Shown here: one piece after another, positions 1 to 18,188 of the stretch
Position numbering within the stretch: the stretch's first letter is position 1
Layout of the letters: the number at the start of each line of letters is the position of its first letter
DNA from: Macrostomum lignano
Taxonomy: Eukaryota
DNA length: 64,000 nt
Direction of reading: 5' to 3'
Assembly: GCA_002269645.1 (NCBI GenBank)
Contig: NIVC01000620.1
Location: 444,979 to 508,978 of the forward strand
Translations under genes and position numbers: made by a program
The notes under the pieces: generated by a model
The model's database searches: none
What the model was told of the DNA's origin: nothing
Seen by the model: only the letters and a program-made list of their open reading frames with translations

Positions 1-1
1 A

Positions 2-5299
<5,298 letters not shown>

Positions 5300-6439
5300 T
5301 TATTTGAATATCAATAATAAATTTAGAATTTTATCTGTAGTGTGTTTGTCCCAGCATTGGCGAAATCAACGTCTGATTCTCTCTGTGTGTCTGCAATTTT
5401 CGCTTAATTTTCTGTGTTTTAATTTTCTGAACATTAACTTTTGATTCCTCACCTGTCATCTCATTGATTTGTCACTAAACACTTGAAGACCACAGCAATA
5501 TAGGGTCCTGACTTCCTAGTTGTCAAGCCGAGGACTGCTCAAGTAGAGTGACGGGAAAGCTGGTTTTTTTCGATAGGAGGCAGACCCTTGATTTGATATT
5601 TATAAAGCTTTTAGTTTAGAAAATTAGGATTCTGTGTTAATTATTTATTCTAGTCAGGTACATGTCCTGTACCTGACAATTGGATTGGAAAGTCAGTGGA
5701 CCTGAATATGAATGAGTTCAACTGGGATAGTTGAAGTTCTCTTTACACCATTGCAACACATTTCACCTTTAAAATCTATACTGATTTGGAAATTTCTGTC
5801 TTGATTTCAATTCAAACTGATTCACACCTCAGCTTTTAATATTTATTTATTGATTTATCTAATAATTTGTTGCTGTCTTGTCTGTATTCAGCTTGCAATC
5901 TGATGCTACATATTGTTAATCATTTAAATGGCTGGCGTTGTGTACAATTAATTTATATTCATACAATGTTTATATAGTTTGCTATAACATTATATGCCTA
6001 AATATGTATGGCTTCTATTACTAGGTATATATAGTAGTCTAGGGCAAATCTTATATACTAAATTATGTACGTGTGTTAATGTTTATGTTTATTATATACG
6101 CATGGGCATCACATGTGAGTCTTTATGAAGCAAAATTTCAACAAATTTACAGATTCCGGTTACGCATTCTCATGCGACGATCATCCCACGGTGTCGAGTG
6201 CCCACCTGCTCAAATGCTCTTGCCCGGAAAAGAAACTGCTCTAAAACGAGAACAGTTGTTAGTCTATCGATATTCTATAGGTTATTTATTGCATGTCAGT
6301 TTATATAATTTATCCTAATTCTTGTCTGTGATGGTTAATTTTTTGTAAATGTTTGAAAATTACTTGTAGTAAATTTTAGGATAGCAATTTGTTTCAAATG
6401 TAGCTTGTGTGATTATCTAAGTAATGGCCATGGGAGCCT

Positions 6440-6810
6440 AAAGAGGGTGATTATCTAAGTGATAAGAGGGTAAAGAGGGTAATTATCCAAGTGATGGGAG
6501 GGTAAAGAGGGTAATTATCCAAGTGATGGGAGGGTAAAGAGGGTAATTATCCAAGTGATGGGAGGGTAAAGAGGGTAATTATCCAAGTGATAGGAGGGTA
6601 AAGAGGGTAATTATCCAAGTGATGGGAGGGTAAAGAGGGTAATTATCCAAGTGATGGGAGGGTAAAGAGGGTAATTATCCAAGTGATGGAAGGGTAAAGA
6701 GGGTGGTTATCTAAATTATGAGAGGGTAAAGAGGGTGGTTATTTAAATGATAGGAGGGTAAAGAGGGTAGTTATCTGAGTGACGGGAGGGTAAAGAGGGT
6801 GATTATCTCA
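6440..6810. repeat. 32-bp minisatellite (aattatccaagtgatgggagggtaaagagggt)
   Basis: Period 32 read from 6481 onward. Confidence 0.9.
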
Positions 6811-7234
6811 GTTTAATTGCAGTCTTTAAATACTTCTTAGTAACCAGAAATATTTTGCATCCTTTCTCCAGAATGCGAGGTTATGTTTGATTTTTTGGGT
6901 ATTTGACTTTTTTGGTACAATATCTGTCGCTAATTCAATCTGCAATTGTGTTACAGGAAGTTCACTGTTTGTGTAGTTTCCTATTTGCGTAAAAAAAACA
7001 AAAAAAGTTGGCATTGGAAAGTCAGGCATTGTTCATTCAGTGACTCATTTTAGGCATTAAATTCAATTCATTGAAAGTTAATACTATCATTTTGCTGTCA
7101 TTCAGACTTTAACCACTGTTTGTTAAAGATTGATCTAGTTTTCTGCATAGCCAGTCAATGGCAGGACCGTTTCGTTAGTAAAAGCTCTGCTATGGAGAAT
7201 CTTTTTACGGATTTCCTAATGTAATATGAGTAAT

Positions 7235-7303
7235 GTGTGTCTGCTGGCTTGTCTGTCTGTCTTAGTGTCTCTGTCTGTCTGTCTGTCTGTCTATTCTAGT
7301 GTC

Positions 7304-7344
<41 letters not shown>

Positions 7345-7347
7345 GTC

Positions 7348-7386
<39 letters not shown>

Positions 7387-7400
7387 GACTGCCTGTCTGA
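7235..7400. repeat. (TCTG)n microsatellite
   Basis: 4-bp array. Confidence 0.85.
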
Positions 7401-8329
7401 AGTATACAAATCGATATTCTCACTTTAAAATATATATGTCTACTACTTTACTTACAGTAGTGCTTCTCTACATTGACTGCTTTGCTACCTTTTTGTTTAT
7501 TTTTTCCATTCAAGTCTCTTCTAGGCTGCACAGGCACGTCAGAATATTGTTTTCTATTTTCTTCAACAAGATTTAAAATAACGAATAGATTGCATCTATG
7601 CTACTAGTGCAAGCTAACAAATTTTCATTTGTAAGCAGCTTATTTCGCTTGCTTAACATTTCTGCCATTTTTATCCAATTTAGTTTTTTTCTAAGCTTGA
7701 TAAATAAATATTTCTTATTCACATAATTGCCTCGTCTGTGCACCCGCTTGACTGGCCTATTTAGATAGTGAATTTATTTCCTCTAACGAATTCGAAATTC
7801 AATGTTGGCATGCTTTTTTAATTAATGATTATGTTGTGTGCTTTTTCAATTCAATTTTTTCTGTTTTTACTGTCTCACGTCACTAATTGTTATCTGTCTT
7901 CTGCTTCAAAAAATTATTGTCAAGAAATATTGCTGCAATTTCTTCTAGAAGCAACCAAAAACGGAACTAAGAATTCAATAAATCAAAGAATTTCACTGCG
8001 TTTCATTATTTACTGCCTATAAATAATTTGAATGGCTGCCATTTGTATGTTTTTTATTTGGTTCCCAGATACATAGATAGATAGATAGATACATACATAC
8101 ATACATACATAGATACATAGTAGATAGCGAGAAAGAGCGAGCGAAGCGAGCTCTTTCGAGCTTGCTTGCCGCAGCCAATCAAGCTGAATGCACGCACACA
8201 AGATCACCGGAAACGATTAAGGCAGCTGGAAAGCCAATGGGCGCGGTAAGCGCTTTTATCCAGAGGAACTACCTGCTGGAACCAGCCATGCCGAACGAAA
8301 ATCAGACTACTCAAGTAGTGCAAAAGAGT

Positions 8330-8650
<321 letters not shown>

Positions 8651-9138
8651 ATATGAGATTTCGTGACCTTCTGGCCCATGCGGCGCACACAGACCCAAAG
8701 CATAGTATGGCAATCACAGCTGAAAGTGGAATTCGTGTCGCAGTTCTAAAAGTGCCGGCAGTCCGCAGTTCAGGGCTCACTAAAGTCTCACGTGCACACA
8801 AAGCGCCAAAAAGAGCTGGCTTCAAAACACTGGCTACTTGTTCATTCAATGACGTTTCAAATCTAGATAGCTGTTTTTATGAAAGTTCAGTAGCAGTGAA
8901 ATTTCTTATCAAGATTCTGTCAGGCGCTTTTAAGCAATATAAAAAAGCTAAACTACCAGGTGAAAGGAGACCGGTGAATCTGTTGAAGAATTTTCATAAC
9001 TCCACTGGCTAGAAACAGTCGCCAACTTGTTAAAGATTGAAGCCCTATCAATGATAGTTAATGGGAAGAGTTCGTTTGTGACTTTGAGTAGAGCAATAAT
9101 TATTAGTAATTGTACGAGTTTTTACGGCCGCTTAAGGA

Positions 9139-12100
9139 ATGAGCTCATGCTCAGACTGGAGAAATATTCGACTGGCAGCCTTGCTTCTAGCACTGCTGGG
9201 TTGCGTCGTGTTTACTGCCTCTGTGGCTGGATTCAACTACAGGTGGCATGCGAGTAACACGGATGAAGATGGGAGTCTGCACAACTCAGCTTTCGGTGGC
9301 CAAAGTGAGTTAATTGCATCTGGTGCTTTGTATGGGTTTGAATGTGGCTCGATAGGAGTACATGTCTAACAAGTGCATGTAGGGGTGTCCGTGTCTAACG
9401 GGTAGGGGTGTCCGTGTCTTACAGGTAGGGGTGTCCGTGTCTAACAGGTAGGGGTGTCCATGTCTAACAGGTAGGGCCTGTCCGTGTCTAACAGGTAGGG
9501 CCTGTCCGTGTCTAACAGGTAGGGCCTGTCCGTGTCTAACGGGTAGGGGTGTCCGTGTCTAACGGGTAGGGGTGTCCGTGTCTAACAGGTAGGGGTGTCC
9601 GTGTCTTACAGGTAGGGGTGTCCGTGTCTTACAGGTAGGGGTGTCCGTGTCTAACAGGTAGGGCCTGTCCGTGTCTAACAGGTAGGGCCTGTCCGTGTCT
9701 AACAGGTAGGGCCTGTCCGTGTCTAACGGGTAGGGGTGTCCGTGTCTAACGGGTAGGGGTGTCCGTGTCTAACAGGTAGGGGTGTCCGTGTCTTACAGGT
9801 AGGGGTGTCCGTGTCTTACAGGTAGGGGTGTCCGTGTCTTACAGGTAGGGGTGTCCGTGTCTAACGAATGCGACTTTCAAGCAACCTGTAAAGCCATCCC
9901 AACTCGCCTGGGCTGCAGGTGAAACATCCGCGGTGCATCCGGGCAATGCAATCGCCGATCCCATGCAAGCCATCAACAGCTCCGAGAGCTGCACACCGCG
10001 CACTGTGGAGGCCTACCCGCCAGACCTGTTCACTTTGGCGCAGAAGCAGAGCGGCGCCATTCTCATTCACGCTTTTGTCTCGGCTTGGCTGTTTGTTGCT
10101 TTGGCGATCGTGTGCGACAATTATTTTTTGGCTTCACTGGAAGTTGTTTGTGAAAGTGAGTGCTGGCACAGGTGCTCAACTGGGTTGTCACAGGTGCTCA
10201 ACTGGGTTGTCACAGGTTCTCAACTGGGTTGTCACAGGTGCTCAACTGGGTTGTCACAGGTGCTCAACTGGGTTGTCACAGGTTCTCAACTGGGTTGTCA
10301 CAGGTGCTCAACTGGGTTGTCACATGTGCTCAACTGGGTTGTCACAGGTGCTCAACTGGGTTGTCACAGGTGCTCAACTGGGTTGTCACAGGTGCTCAAC
10401 TGGGTTGTCACAGGTGCTCAACTGGTTTGTCACAGGTTCTCAACTGGGTTGTCACAGGTGCTCAACTGGGTTGTCACAGGTGCTCAACTGGGTTGTCACA
10501 TGTTCTCAACTGGGTTGTCACATGTTCTCAACTGGGTTGTCACATGTTCTCAACTGGGTTGTCACAGGTGCTCAACTTGGGTGTTACAGGTGCTCAACTT
10601 GGGTGTTACAGGTGCTCAACTGGGGTGTTACTGGTGCTTAGGTACCTGTACCTGGATGTGCCTGCACCTGTCCAACCCTAACCTTGATCTTGTCAATCAC
10701 CTGCTATTTCGATCGCAGAGCTTCACCTGAAGCCGGACGTCGCCGGCGCCACCTTCATGGCTGCTGGCAGCTCAGCACCGGAGATGCTGGCTTCGGTCAT
10801 TGGCGTCTTCATCGCCCAGAGCGACGTCGGTGTGAGCACCATAGTGGGCAGCGCCATCTTCAACAACCTGATGATTGTCAGTCTGTGCGGCTTGGCCGCC
10901 ACCAGCGCTGTCTACCTGTCCTGGTGGCCGCTGTTTCGAGACTGCGGCTTCTACTGCATAAGTGTGGCCGCTATGATTGCTGTGATCTTCGACGGGATTG
11001 TCAACTGGTGAGCTTCATTTTCTTGCATTTTGTTTGTTTGAAAGACCTGCTGCTATTACAGTATGTGCCTGTCTGGCGATTAAAATGAATGGGAAGGGGC
11101 CATGGCGTTTCATTCACGATATACTCGTACCTTCCCTCCAGAAGCTGCGCCTTGAAACCAAAGAAACTACAGGTAGTTGCTAATAATAATATAAAAATAA
11201 TTGATTACACCTGCCCTAATAAGCAGATGTGCAACCGACAGCTCAGCCGCAGCTATTGCACGGCGCATCTGAAGGCTGCGTACGGCTGTTCAGTCCAAGG
11301 ACTGGGGGGGGAGTCGCCACACACACCCTCAATTTCCCCAGCTAATGCTGGCACCCATTCTACAGCTGGGTGAACTGAAGCAGTGCAGAGTTAAGGGTCA
11401 CGAATCAAGGACACAAATTCAAGTCGTGAGTTCGACGCTCTAACCACTAGGCTAAAACCTCTTCCACACTATTGTCACACTCTCCCTGTCACCCTCCTTG
11501 TCACACTCTCCTTGCCACACTCCTTGTCACATTCCCTGTCACACTCCTTGTCACACTCCCTCTCACACTCCTTGTCACACTCCCTGTCACACTCCTTGTC
11601 ACACTCCTTGTCACACTCCTTGTCACACTCCCTGTCACACTCCTTGTCACACTCCTTGTCACACTCCTTGTCACACTCCCTGTCACACTCCTTGTCATAC
11701 TCCCTGTCACACTCCTTGTCACACTCCCTGTCACACTCCTTGTCATACTCCCTGTCACACTCCTTGTCACACTCCCTGTCACACTCCTTGTCATACTCCC
11801 TGTCACACTCCTTGTCACACTCCCTGTCACACTCCTTGTCATACTCCCTGTCACACTCCTTGTCACACTCCCTGTCACACTCCTTGTCATACTCCCTGTC
11901 ACACTCCTTGTCATACTCCCTGTCACACTCCTTGTCACACTCCCTGTCACACTCCTTGTCATACTCCCTGTCACACTCCTTGTCACACTCCCTGTCACAC
12001 TCCTTGTCATACTCCCTGTCACACTCCTTGTCACACTCCCTGTCACACTCCTTGTCACACTCCCTGTCACACTCCTTGTCACACTCCCTGTCACACTCCT

Positions 12101-15100
12101 TGTCATACTCTCCCTGTCTTACTTGACTTACTTGACTCAGCTGCAGGGCTGTCCAGGGGGGACACAGCGGGAAGGCGCGAGCGCCCATTCCGCTAATCCC
12201 TGAACGGCCGACGCGTCGCTATGGACGAAGGGTTGGCGCCGCCCAGGGAGGTCCCCCAGTGTCGCCAGCAGCTATAGTGCTCTCTGGAACAGAGAGTTCA
12301 GCCCTGCGGGTGGCCTGGAGGTTGCGCATGAGCTGATTAAAGTTTTCGGGTACTCTCCCTGTCACTCTCCCCTTGTCACACTCCCTGTCACACTCTCCCA
12401 GTCCCAGTACACGCCCATCTAGGTGGTATTCCTAGATATGAGTATCCAGGAACAGGTTGTGGCCTGGCTAACTCAATACTACTGTTTGATTCTCGCAACC
12501 CATCAAGGTACGAGTCTGTCATCCAGCTAGCTCTATTCGCTCTATACATCGTGGTGATGGCCTTCAACAATCGAATCGACGCTGCAATCTCCAAGCGCTA
12601 TCCTCGGCTCGGCACGGGGGGCGCGCAGCGATTCTACGACCAGAGTAGACAGCAGACGGACGACTCAAGTCGGGTGATGGACGACGACGAGCTGGCTGAG
12701 ACGGTTGCCGGGCAGCAGCAACAGCAGCAAATTGAAATCTGGACGTTTGAGACTGGCGGCAGACCGCAGGTGCTCGCTGGCAGTCAAGACGATGAAGAGC
12801 TGGATGTGGTTTGTGAGTTTGAGTTGGTTTGTTCCTGGCCAAAATAGTGATGCTAGTATTTTTTGTACACAAGCCTCTAATGAATGTGGTTGCTTACGGA
12901 ATTGTAAAATGTCGGAATGAGTGACTTGGTTGTCTGTCTGACTCTCGACAATGTCATTTCTTGCGTTCAATCCCGTGAATGATCTAGTTACCTTGGATTT
13001 GTCCTTCTCCAAGGTGCTCAACTGGGTTGTCACAGGTGCTCAACTGGGTTGTCACAGGTGCTCAACTGGGTTGTCACAGGTGCTCAACTGGGTTGTCACA
13101 GGTGCTCAACTGGGTTGTCACAGGTGCTCAACTGGTTTGTCACAGGTGCTCAACTGGGTTGTCACAAGTGCTCAACTGGGTTGTCACAGGTGCTCAACTG
13201 TGTTGTCACAGGTGCTCAACTGGTTTGTCACAGGTGCTCAACTGGGTTGTCACAAGTGCTCAACTGGGTTGTCACAGGTGCTCAACTGGGTTGTCACATG
13301 TGCTCAACTGGGTTGTCACAAGTGCTCAACTGGGTTGTCACAAGTGCTCAACTGGGTTGTCACAGCTGCTCAACTGGTTTGTCACAGGTGCTCAACTGGG
13401 TTGTCACAAGTGCTCAACTGGGTTGTCACAAGTGCTCAACTGGGTTGTCACAGGTGCTCAACTGTGTTGTCACAGGTGCTCAACTGGGTTGTCACAGGTG
13501 CTCAACTGGGTTGTCACAGGTGCTCAACTGTGTTGTCACAGGTGCTCAACTGGGTTGTCACAGGTGCTCAACTGGGTTGTCACAGGTGCTCAACTTGGTT
13601 GTCACAGGTGCTCAACTGGGTTGTCACAGGTGCTCAACTGGGTTGTCACAGGTGCTCAACTGGGTGTTGTCCTTTTCGCATGTGACGGGGACCAACGTCC
13701 AATGTAGGTAGACGGCTGCTTTACACCCTGACTGAGTGCCTAAGTATCCGCCTGCGTGTCCGTGATCGGGGGTCACTACTTGACTCCTCGCTTGATGTGG
13801 GTGGGTCCAAGCTCGATTGAAAGCAACTGCCGCTAAAATTATCAATGCATATCAATGAAGATGTCGATCTGAAACCTCCATGCGCACGCACCCACCGACA
13901 GTAGTCAACCAAGGCCCCGAGTCGCCATTCCAACCGCCAGTCGGGCTGCTCCGACGGGTTTACTGGTTAATCGGGTTGCCATGGACAACGGCATTCTATT
14001 TAACCATACCAGACTGTCGGAAACCCGGCATCTGGCGCCGACTGTTTGTCCTCACCTTCCTAGCCAGCGTGCTGTGGGTCTCGGGCCTGATCTACATGCT
14101 GGTGTGGATGGTCTGTGCCGTAGGCGACGCCATGGGCATCCCGGACACTGTGATGGGGCTGACGCTTCTGTCTATTGGCACCTGCATTCCGGACGCTCTG
14201 GCTGGGATTTTTGTGACTAGAAGTGGTGAGTTTTTGTTAAAATAATCTAAGATTAAAAGTCGTAGAATTTCATTCGGGTCTTTTCTTCCTAAAACTATGT
14301 TGCACAAATTTCATTTGGTGTGGTGCCATCTAATTTGATGAGGTGCCATTTCATTTGGTGTGGTGCCATTTTATTTGATGAGGCGCCATTTCATTTGATT
14401 AACAAAAAATGAAACGATTGCTCATACTCTGTTTTGCACAAGACATTGAACTACAAACAGTTGAAATGTCTAAGATAAAATTGCGAAAATGGGTCTGGCA
14501 CAAAATTTGCGTCGAACTCCCAACTTAGGGCGACTTGGAGGACGACATATTAACAGCCTTCATTCCATCGAGCTTTAGAGGTTATTTGACCTTTTATGAC
14601 TGTTCGTAGTTGTTAACCATTGTCCTTGGTTTTTCTTCACTAGCTCAAACCATGACACCATGAATGCTAGGCCACTCTTGTGACATCTCGTGACGCAACC
14701 AGCTCTGAGGCAATTCTGCTGAGATACTCTCACACGGGGTGTACATTGGCGCTGACTTTCTAATCGTCAGGCATGTGCACTCTCTGTGCCCTAGGGGGGG
14801 GGTAGGCCCTGATGCATGTGAAGGAAATCTAAAATTCACCTACCGATTCGTGTGCAGGTCTGGCAGACATGGCCATCGCTAACAGCATCGCCAGCAACGT
14901 GTTCGACATCACGGCTTGCCTCGGCCTGCCCTGGTTCATCAGCACGGCCCTGCTGAACCCCGGCAGCACAGTCACCATCAGCTCCAGCGGTCTGACCTAC
15001 ACGGCTATCACTTTGCTGGTTACTATCGTGTTCCTTCTAGTAGCAACACATGCCAATCGAATGAGGGTAGATAAGAAATTAGGATTCATCTTCTTGTTTG

Positions 15101-15192
15101 TTTATGTTGCCATAGTGACCGCTGCGTGTTTGTACGAGACTAACGTTTTTGGATCGTTCAATCCGGAGCCCTGCCCAAGACAAAGAATTTAG
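9139..15192 (+). CDS. SLC24A: SLC24/NCKX-family Na+/Ca2+(-K+) exchanger, paralogue 1 (about 582 aa, 7 exons)
   Basis: Exons 9139-9304, 9919-10155, 10719-11007, 12508-12812, 13708-13800, 13902-14225, 14858-15192; all GT-AG, total 1749 nt in frame. N-terminal hydrophobic segment; alpha-1 GATFMAAGSSAPE...GSAIFN; alpha-2 GTCIPD...DMAIANSIASNVFDI...LGLPW; C-terminal YETNVFG...CPR. The small exon 13708-13800 is the least certain. Confidence 0.92.
9375..9863. repeat. 23/24-bp minisatellite (ggtaggggtgtccgtgtctaaca) in NCKX-1 intron 1
   Basis: Tandem array with ggggtg/gggcctg variants. Confidence 0.9.
10165..10640. repeat. 22-bp minisatellite (acaggtgctcaactgggttgtc) in NCKX-1 intron 2
   Basis: Tandem array; same unit as 13012-13665. 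Confidence 0.92.
11300..11454 (-). mobile_element. Degenerate tRNA-derived SINE fragment with a CORE-like central block
   Basis: Minus strand reads TAGCCTAGTGGTTAGAGCG (A-box-like) ... TGTGTCCTTG ... CTTAACTCTGCACTGCTTCAGTTCACCCAGCTGTAGAATGGGTGCCAGC, resembling the invertebrate CORE-type SINE consensus as recalled; B box not seen. Confidence 0.5.
11468..12115. repeat. 12-bp minisatellite tgtcacactcc(c/t) with higher-order variants, NCKX-1 intron 3
   Basis: Tandem array; small residue at about 12352-12400. Confidence 0.92.
13012..13665. repeat. 22-bp minisatellite (acaggtgctcaactgggttgtc) in NCKX-1 intron 4
   Basis: Same unit as the intron-2 array. Confidence 0.92.
14308..14473. mobile_element. 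Short copy of a dispersed element: about 5 units of a 20-bp repeat plus a unique 3' flank of about 75 bp
   Basis: atttcatttgatgaggtgcc units followed by attaacaaaaaatgaaacgattgctcatactctgttttgcacaagacattgaa...tgtctaag, a flank shared with 17030-17105. Confidence 0.6.
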
Positions 15193-15465
15193 CTAAAAGC
15201 AACCTAATTGCATACGTACTACGAGCTACTTACAAGTAATAAGAAACGAATACCACATTTGCCGATATTATTAGAAGGTAGTTGATTTTTTGAAAGTACG
15301 AGTACAAAGCGCTGTCACGCTAAAATATTGAATAAATCGAAAATACGATTATAATCAGTTGATTTCCTAATTTGAGTAAAGCTTCTTATTTTTATCTGTA
15401 AAATGACTGTACTAACATACAAACGATGAGAGAGATTAAATAAAAAAATTCATTCATAATGGTTG

Positions 15466-15750
15466 GCCGTGGCCCAGTGGTCTGGCGTGGCGCTCTCGTG
15501 TGCCAGCGGCCCAAGCTCGATTCCAAGTGCAGTCACATTAATTTTGAAGGCTAAATTGGAATTTCGGCTTGGCTCTGCTCGTGAAATTAACGGCCTTGAA
15601 GGCCAACCCCCCAAGGCACAGTGAAGTGTACATGCCTAACGATAAATAAAGTTAGGGCCGCTGTACACTCCTGTGTGAGTGTGTGCCTGTACGTATGACT
15701 GCGTACGTATCCGCGCGCTTGTGTGCCTGCTCAGGGGAGTCGGCGCAATG
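15466..15750 (+). mobile_element. tRNA-derived SINE copy, 3'-truncated
   Basis: Aligns by eye with 22840-23197 (gccgtggcccagtgg...gctcgattccaagtgcagtcacattaa...gggccgctgtacactcctgtgtgagtgtgtgcctg). Confidence 0.8.
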
Positions 15751-15859
15751 ATGGGCAGTATCTGTTCTTTGATAAAGTGCAAGTTCCTAACTTGCTGCTT
15801 TTGCATAGGATTGCAAAGGATTCCGTCTTGAAGTTTTTATCGTTAAAGAAATCCCACCA

Positions 15860-17105
15860 TTTCATTTTAGAGGCGCCATTCATTCATTTGATGAGGTGCC
15901 ATTTCATTTAATGTGGTGCCATTTTATTTGATTTGGTGCCATTTCATTTGGTGAGGCGCCATTTCATTTGATGAGGTGCCATTCCATTTGATGAGGTGCC
16001 ATTTCATTTGATGAGGTGCCATTTCATTTGATGAGGTGCCATTTCATTTGATGAGGTGCCATTTCATTTGATGAGGCACCATTTCATTTGATGAGGTGCC
16101 ATTTCATTTGATGAGGTGCCATTTCATTTGATGAGGTGCCATTCCATTTGATGAGGCACCATTTCATTTGATGAGGTGCCATTTCATTTGATGAGGCACC
16201 ATTTCATTTGATGAGGTGCCATTTCATTTGATGAGGTGCCATTTCATTTGATGAGGTGCCATTCCATTTGATGAGGCACCATTTCATTTGATGAAGTGCC
16301 ATTCCATTTGATGAGGCACCATTTCATTTAATGAGGTGCCATTTCATTTGATGAGGTGCCATTTCATTTGATGAGGTGCCATTCCATTTGATGAGGCACC
16401 ATTTCATTTGATGAGGTGCCATTCCATTTGATGAGGCACCATTTCATTTAATGAGGTGCCATTTCATTTAATGAGGTGCCATTTCATTTGATGAGGTGCC
16501 ATTTCATTTGATGAGGTACCATTTCATTTGATGAGGTGCCATTTCATTTGATGTAGTACCATTTCATTTGATGTGGTGCCATTTTATTTGATTTGGTGCC
16601 ATTTCATTTGGTGAGGCGCCATTTCATTTGATGAGGTGCCATCTAATTTGATGAGGTGCCATTTCATTTGATGAGGTGCCATCTAATTTGATGAGGTGCC
16701 ATTTCATTTGATGAGGTGCCATCTAATTTGATGAGGTGCCATTTCATTTGATGAGGTGCCATCTAATTTGATGAGGTGCCATTTCATTTGATGAGGTGCC
16801 ATCTAATTTGATGAGGTGCCATTTCATTTGATGAGGTGCCATCTAATTTGATGAGGTGCCATTTCATTTGATGAGGCGCCATCTAATTTGATGAGGTGCC
16901 ATTTCATTTGATGAGGTGCCATCTAATTTGATGAGGTGCCATTTCATTTGATGAGGTGCCATCTAATTTGATGAGGTGCCATTTCATTTGATGAGGCGCC
17001 ATTCCATTTCATGAGGCGCCATTCCATTTGATTAACAAAAATTAAACGATTGCTCATACTCTGTTTTGCACAAGACATTGAATTACAAACAGTTAAAATG
17101 TCTAA
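15860..17105. repeat. 20-bp satellite (atttcatttgatgaggtgcc), about 1.15 kb, with the same 3' flank as 14398-14473
   Basis: Tandem array; the right part alternates tttca/tcta variants as a 40-bp dimer. Confidence 0.92.
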
Positions 17106-17406
17106 GCACCAGCTTAAGTTATTAGTCAAATACAAACGAAGCCCCTACCCTCTATCAAATCAATTCGATATCTTCTTCAGTGTTTCAAGCTTGTATAAGC
17201 CAGCCAAATATTCGGTTAATTGACTCAGAAACCGGATCTCCTCAGTTTTATTTAACCAGGCTTAACGGCTGGGAAACCATGTGCCAGTTGAAATCTAATA
17301 CACACCTTGTCAACATCCTACTGAATATAAATCTACCAAAAAGTGTCGATTTTCGAATCGTCTCTAATTCTCGTCCATTGACAGATCCTTGAAAGTTCCA
17401 TGGAAA

Positions 17407-18188
17407 ATGGTTTGTACTTTTGTTTTCGCATTCTTGCTGTTGCACAGCTCAACTGCCATAAAGCTCATCGGTGTTACCTACATCGGTTGCTTCAAGGACG
17501 AATTTAGGAGTAGCAGAGACCTGGATGGTCTAAGAGGACTGCTTTCGGTTGATAAATACCCAGTGCGCACTTTTGGTGCAGTGACGACGGAAAAAAATTC
17601 GCCAAAGTTTTGCACTCAAATCTGCTCAAGCATCGGATTCAAGTTTTTCGGATTGCAGAATACAGACGAGTGTTTCTGTGGAAACTACTTTGGGAGATAT
17701 GGGCGGGAGCCGCAGCACAAGTGTAATCACAGATGTCCGGGCAATGCGACCGAAATCTGCGGCGGTAATCTTCGAAATTCCGTGTACCGCTTGAGCTATC
17801 AATTCGGTGAGTTTCCTATTCTGAAGCTTCTGGGTCACTAGTCGCCCCGAAGGCTTCCTATAAAAGAATGTATGCGTACCTTTTAACGTGTCGAATATGA
17901 TCCAAACCTACAAAAACTTTGACAGAATCTACAGGCATCAATCAGTTTGTTAAGCAACTCGACAACCGTGTCGATGAGCCGAAAAAACTTTTGTCCGAAG
18001 ACCTGCTGCTACTTGCCGAGCGAACTGTCAGTGCTCATCGCCTGCTGCAGTGTGCCGCTAAGTGCTCAATTGTTGGCTGTCAAGTTGTAGTTTTTTCTGA
18101 GAAACAACGACGTTGCGGACTGTTTTGGAATGTTCAGGTTGTTAAAGATCGACGTTTGGTTGATTTAGAAGTCTTTGTTCGTGGCTAA
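17407..18188 (+). CDS. Secreted WSC-domain plus C-terminal PAN/Apple-like protein, copy 1 (about 217 aa)
   Basis: Exons 17407-17806 and 17935-18188, phase-1 intron. Signal peptide MVCTFVFAFLLLHSSTA; WSC motifs YIGCFKD...CTQIC...FFGLQNTDECFCGN...CNHRCPGNATEICGGNLRNSVY; C-terminal LLQCAAKC...CQVVVF...C. Confidence 0.85.

Noticed and set aside
9919-13711. 200-260-aa ORFs with QVLNWVVTGAQLGCHRCSTG, HTPC or ECDR repeats
   Set aside because: Frame read-through of the 22-bp and 12-bp intronic minisatellites
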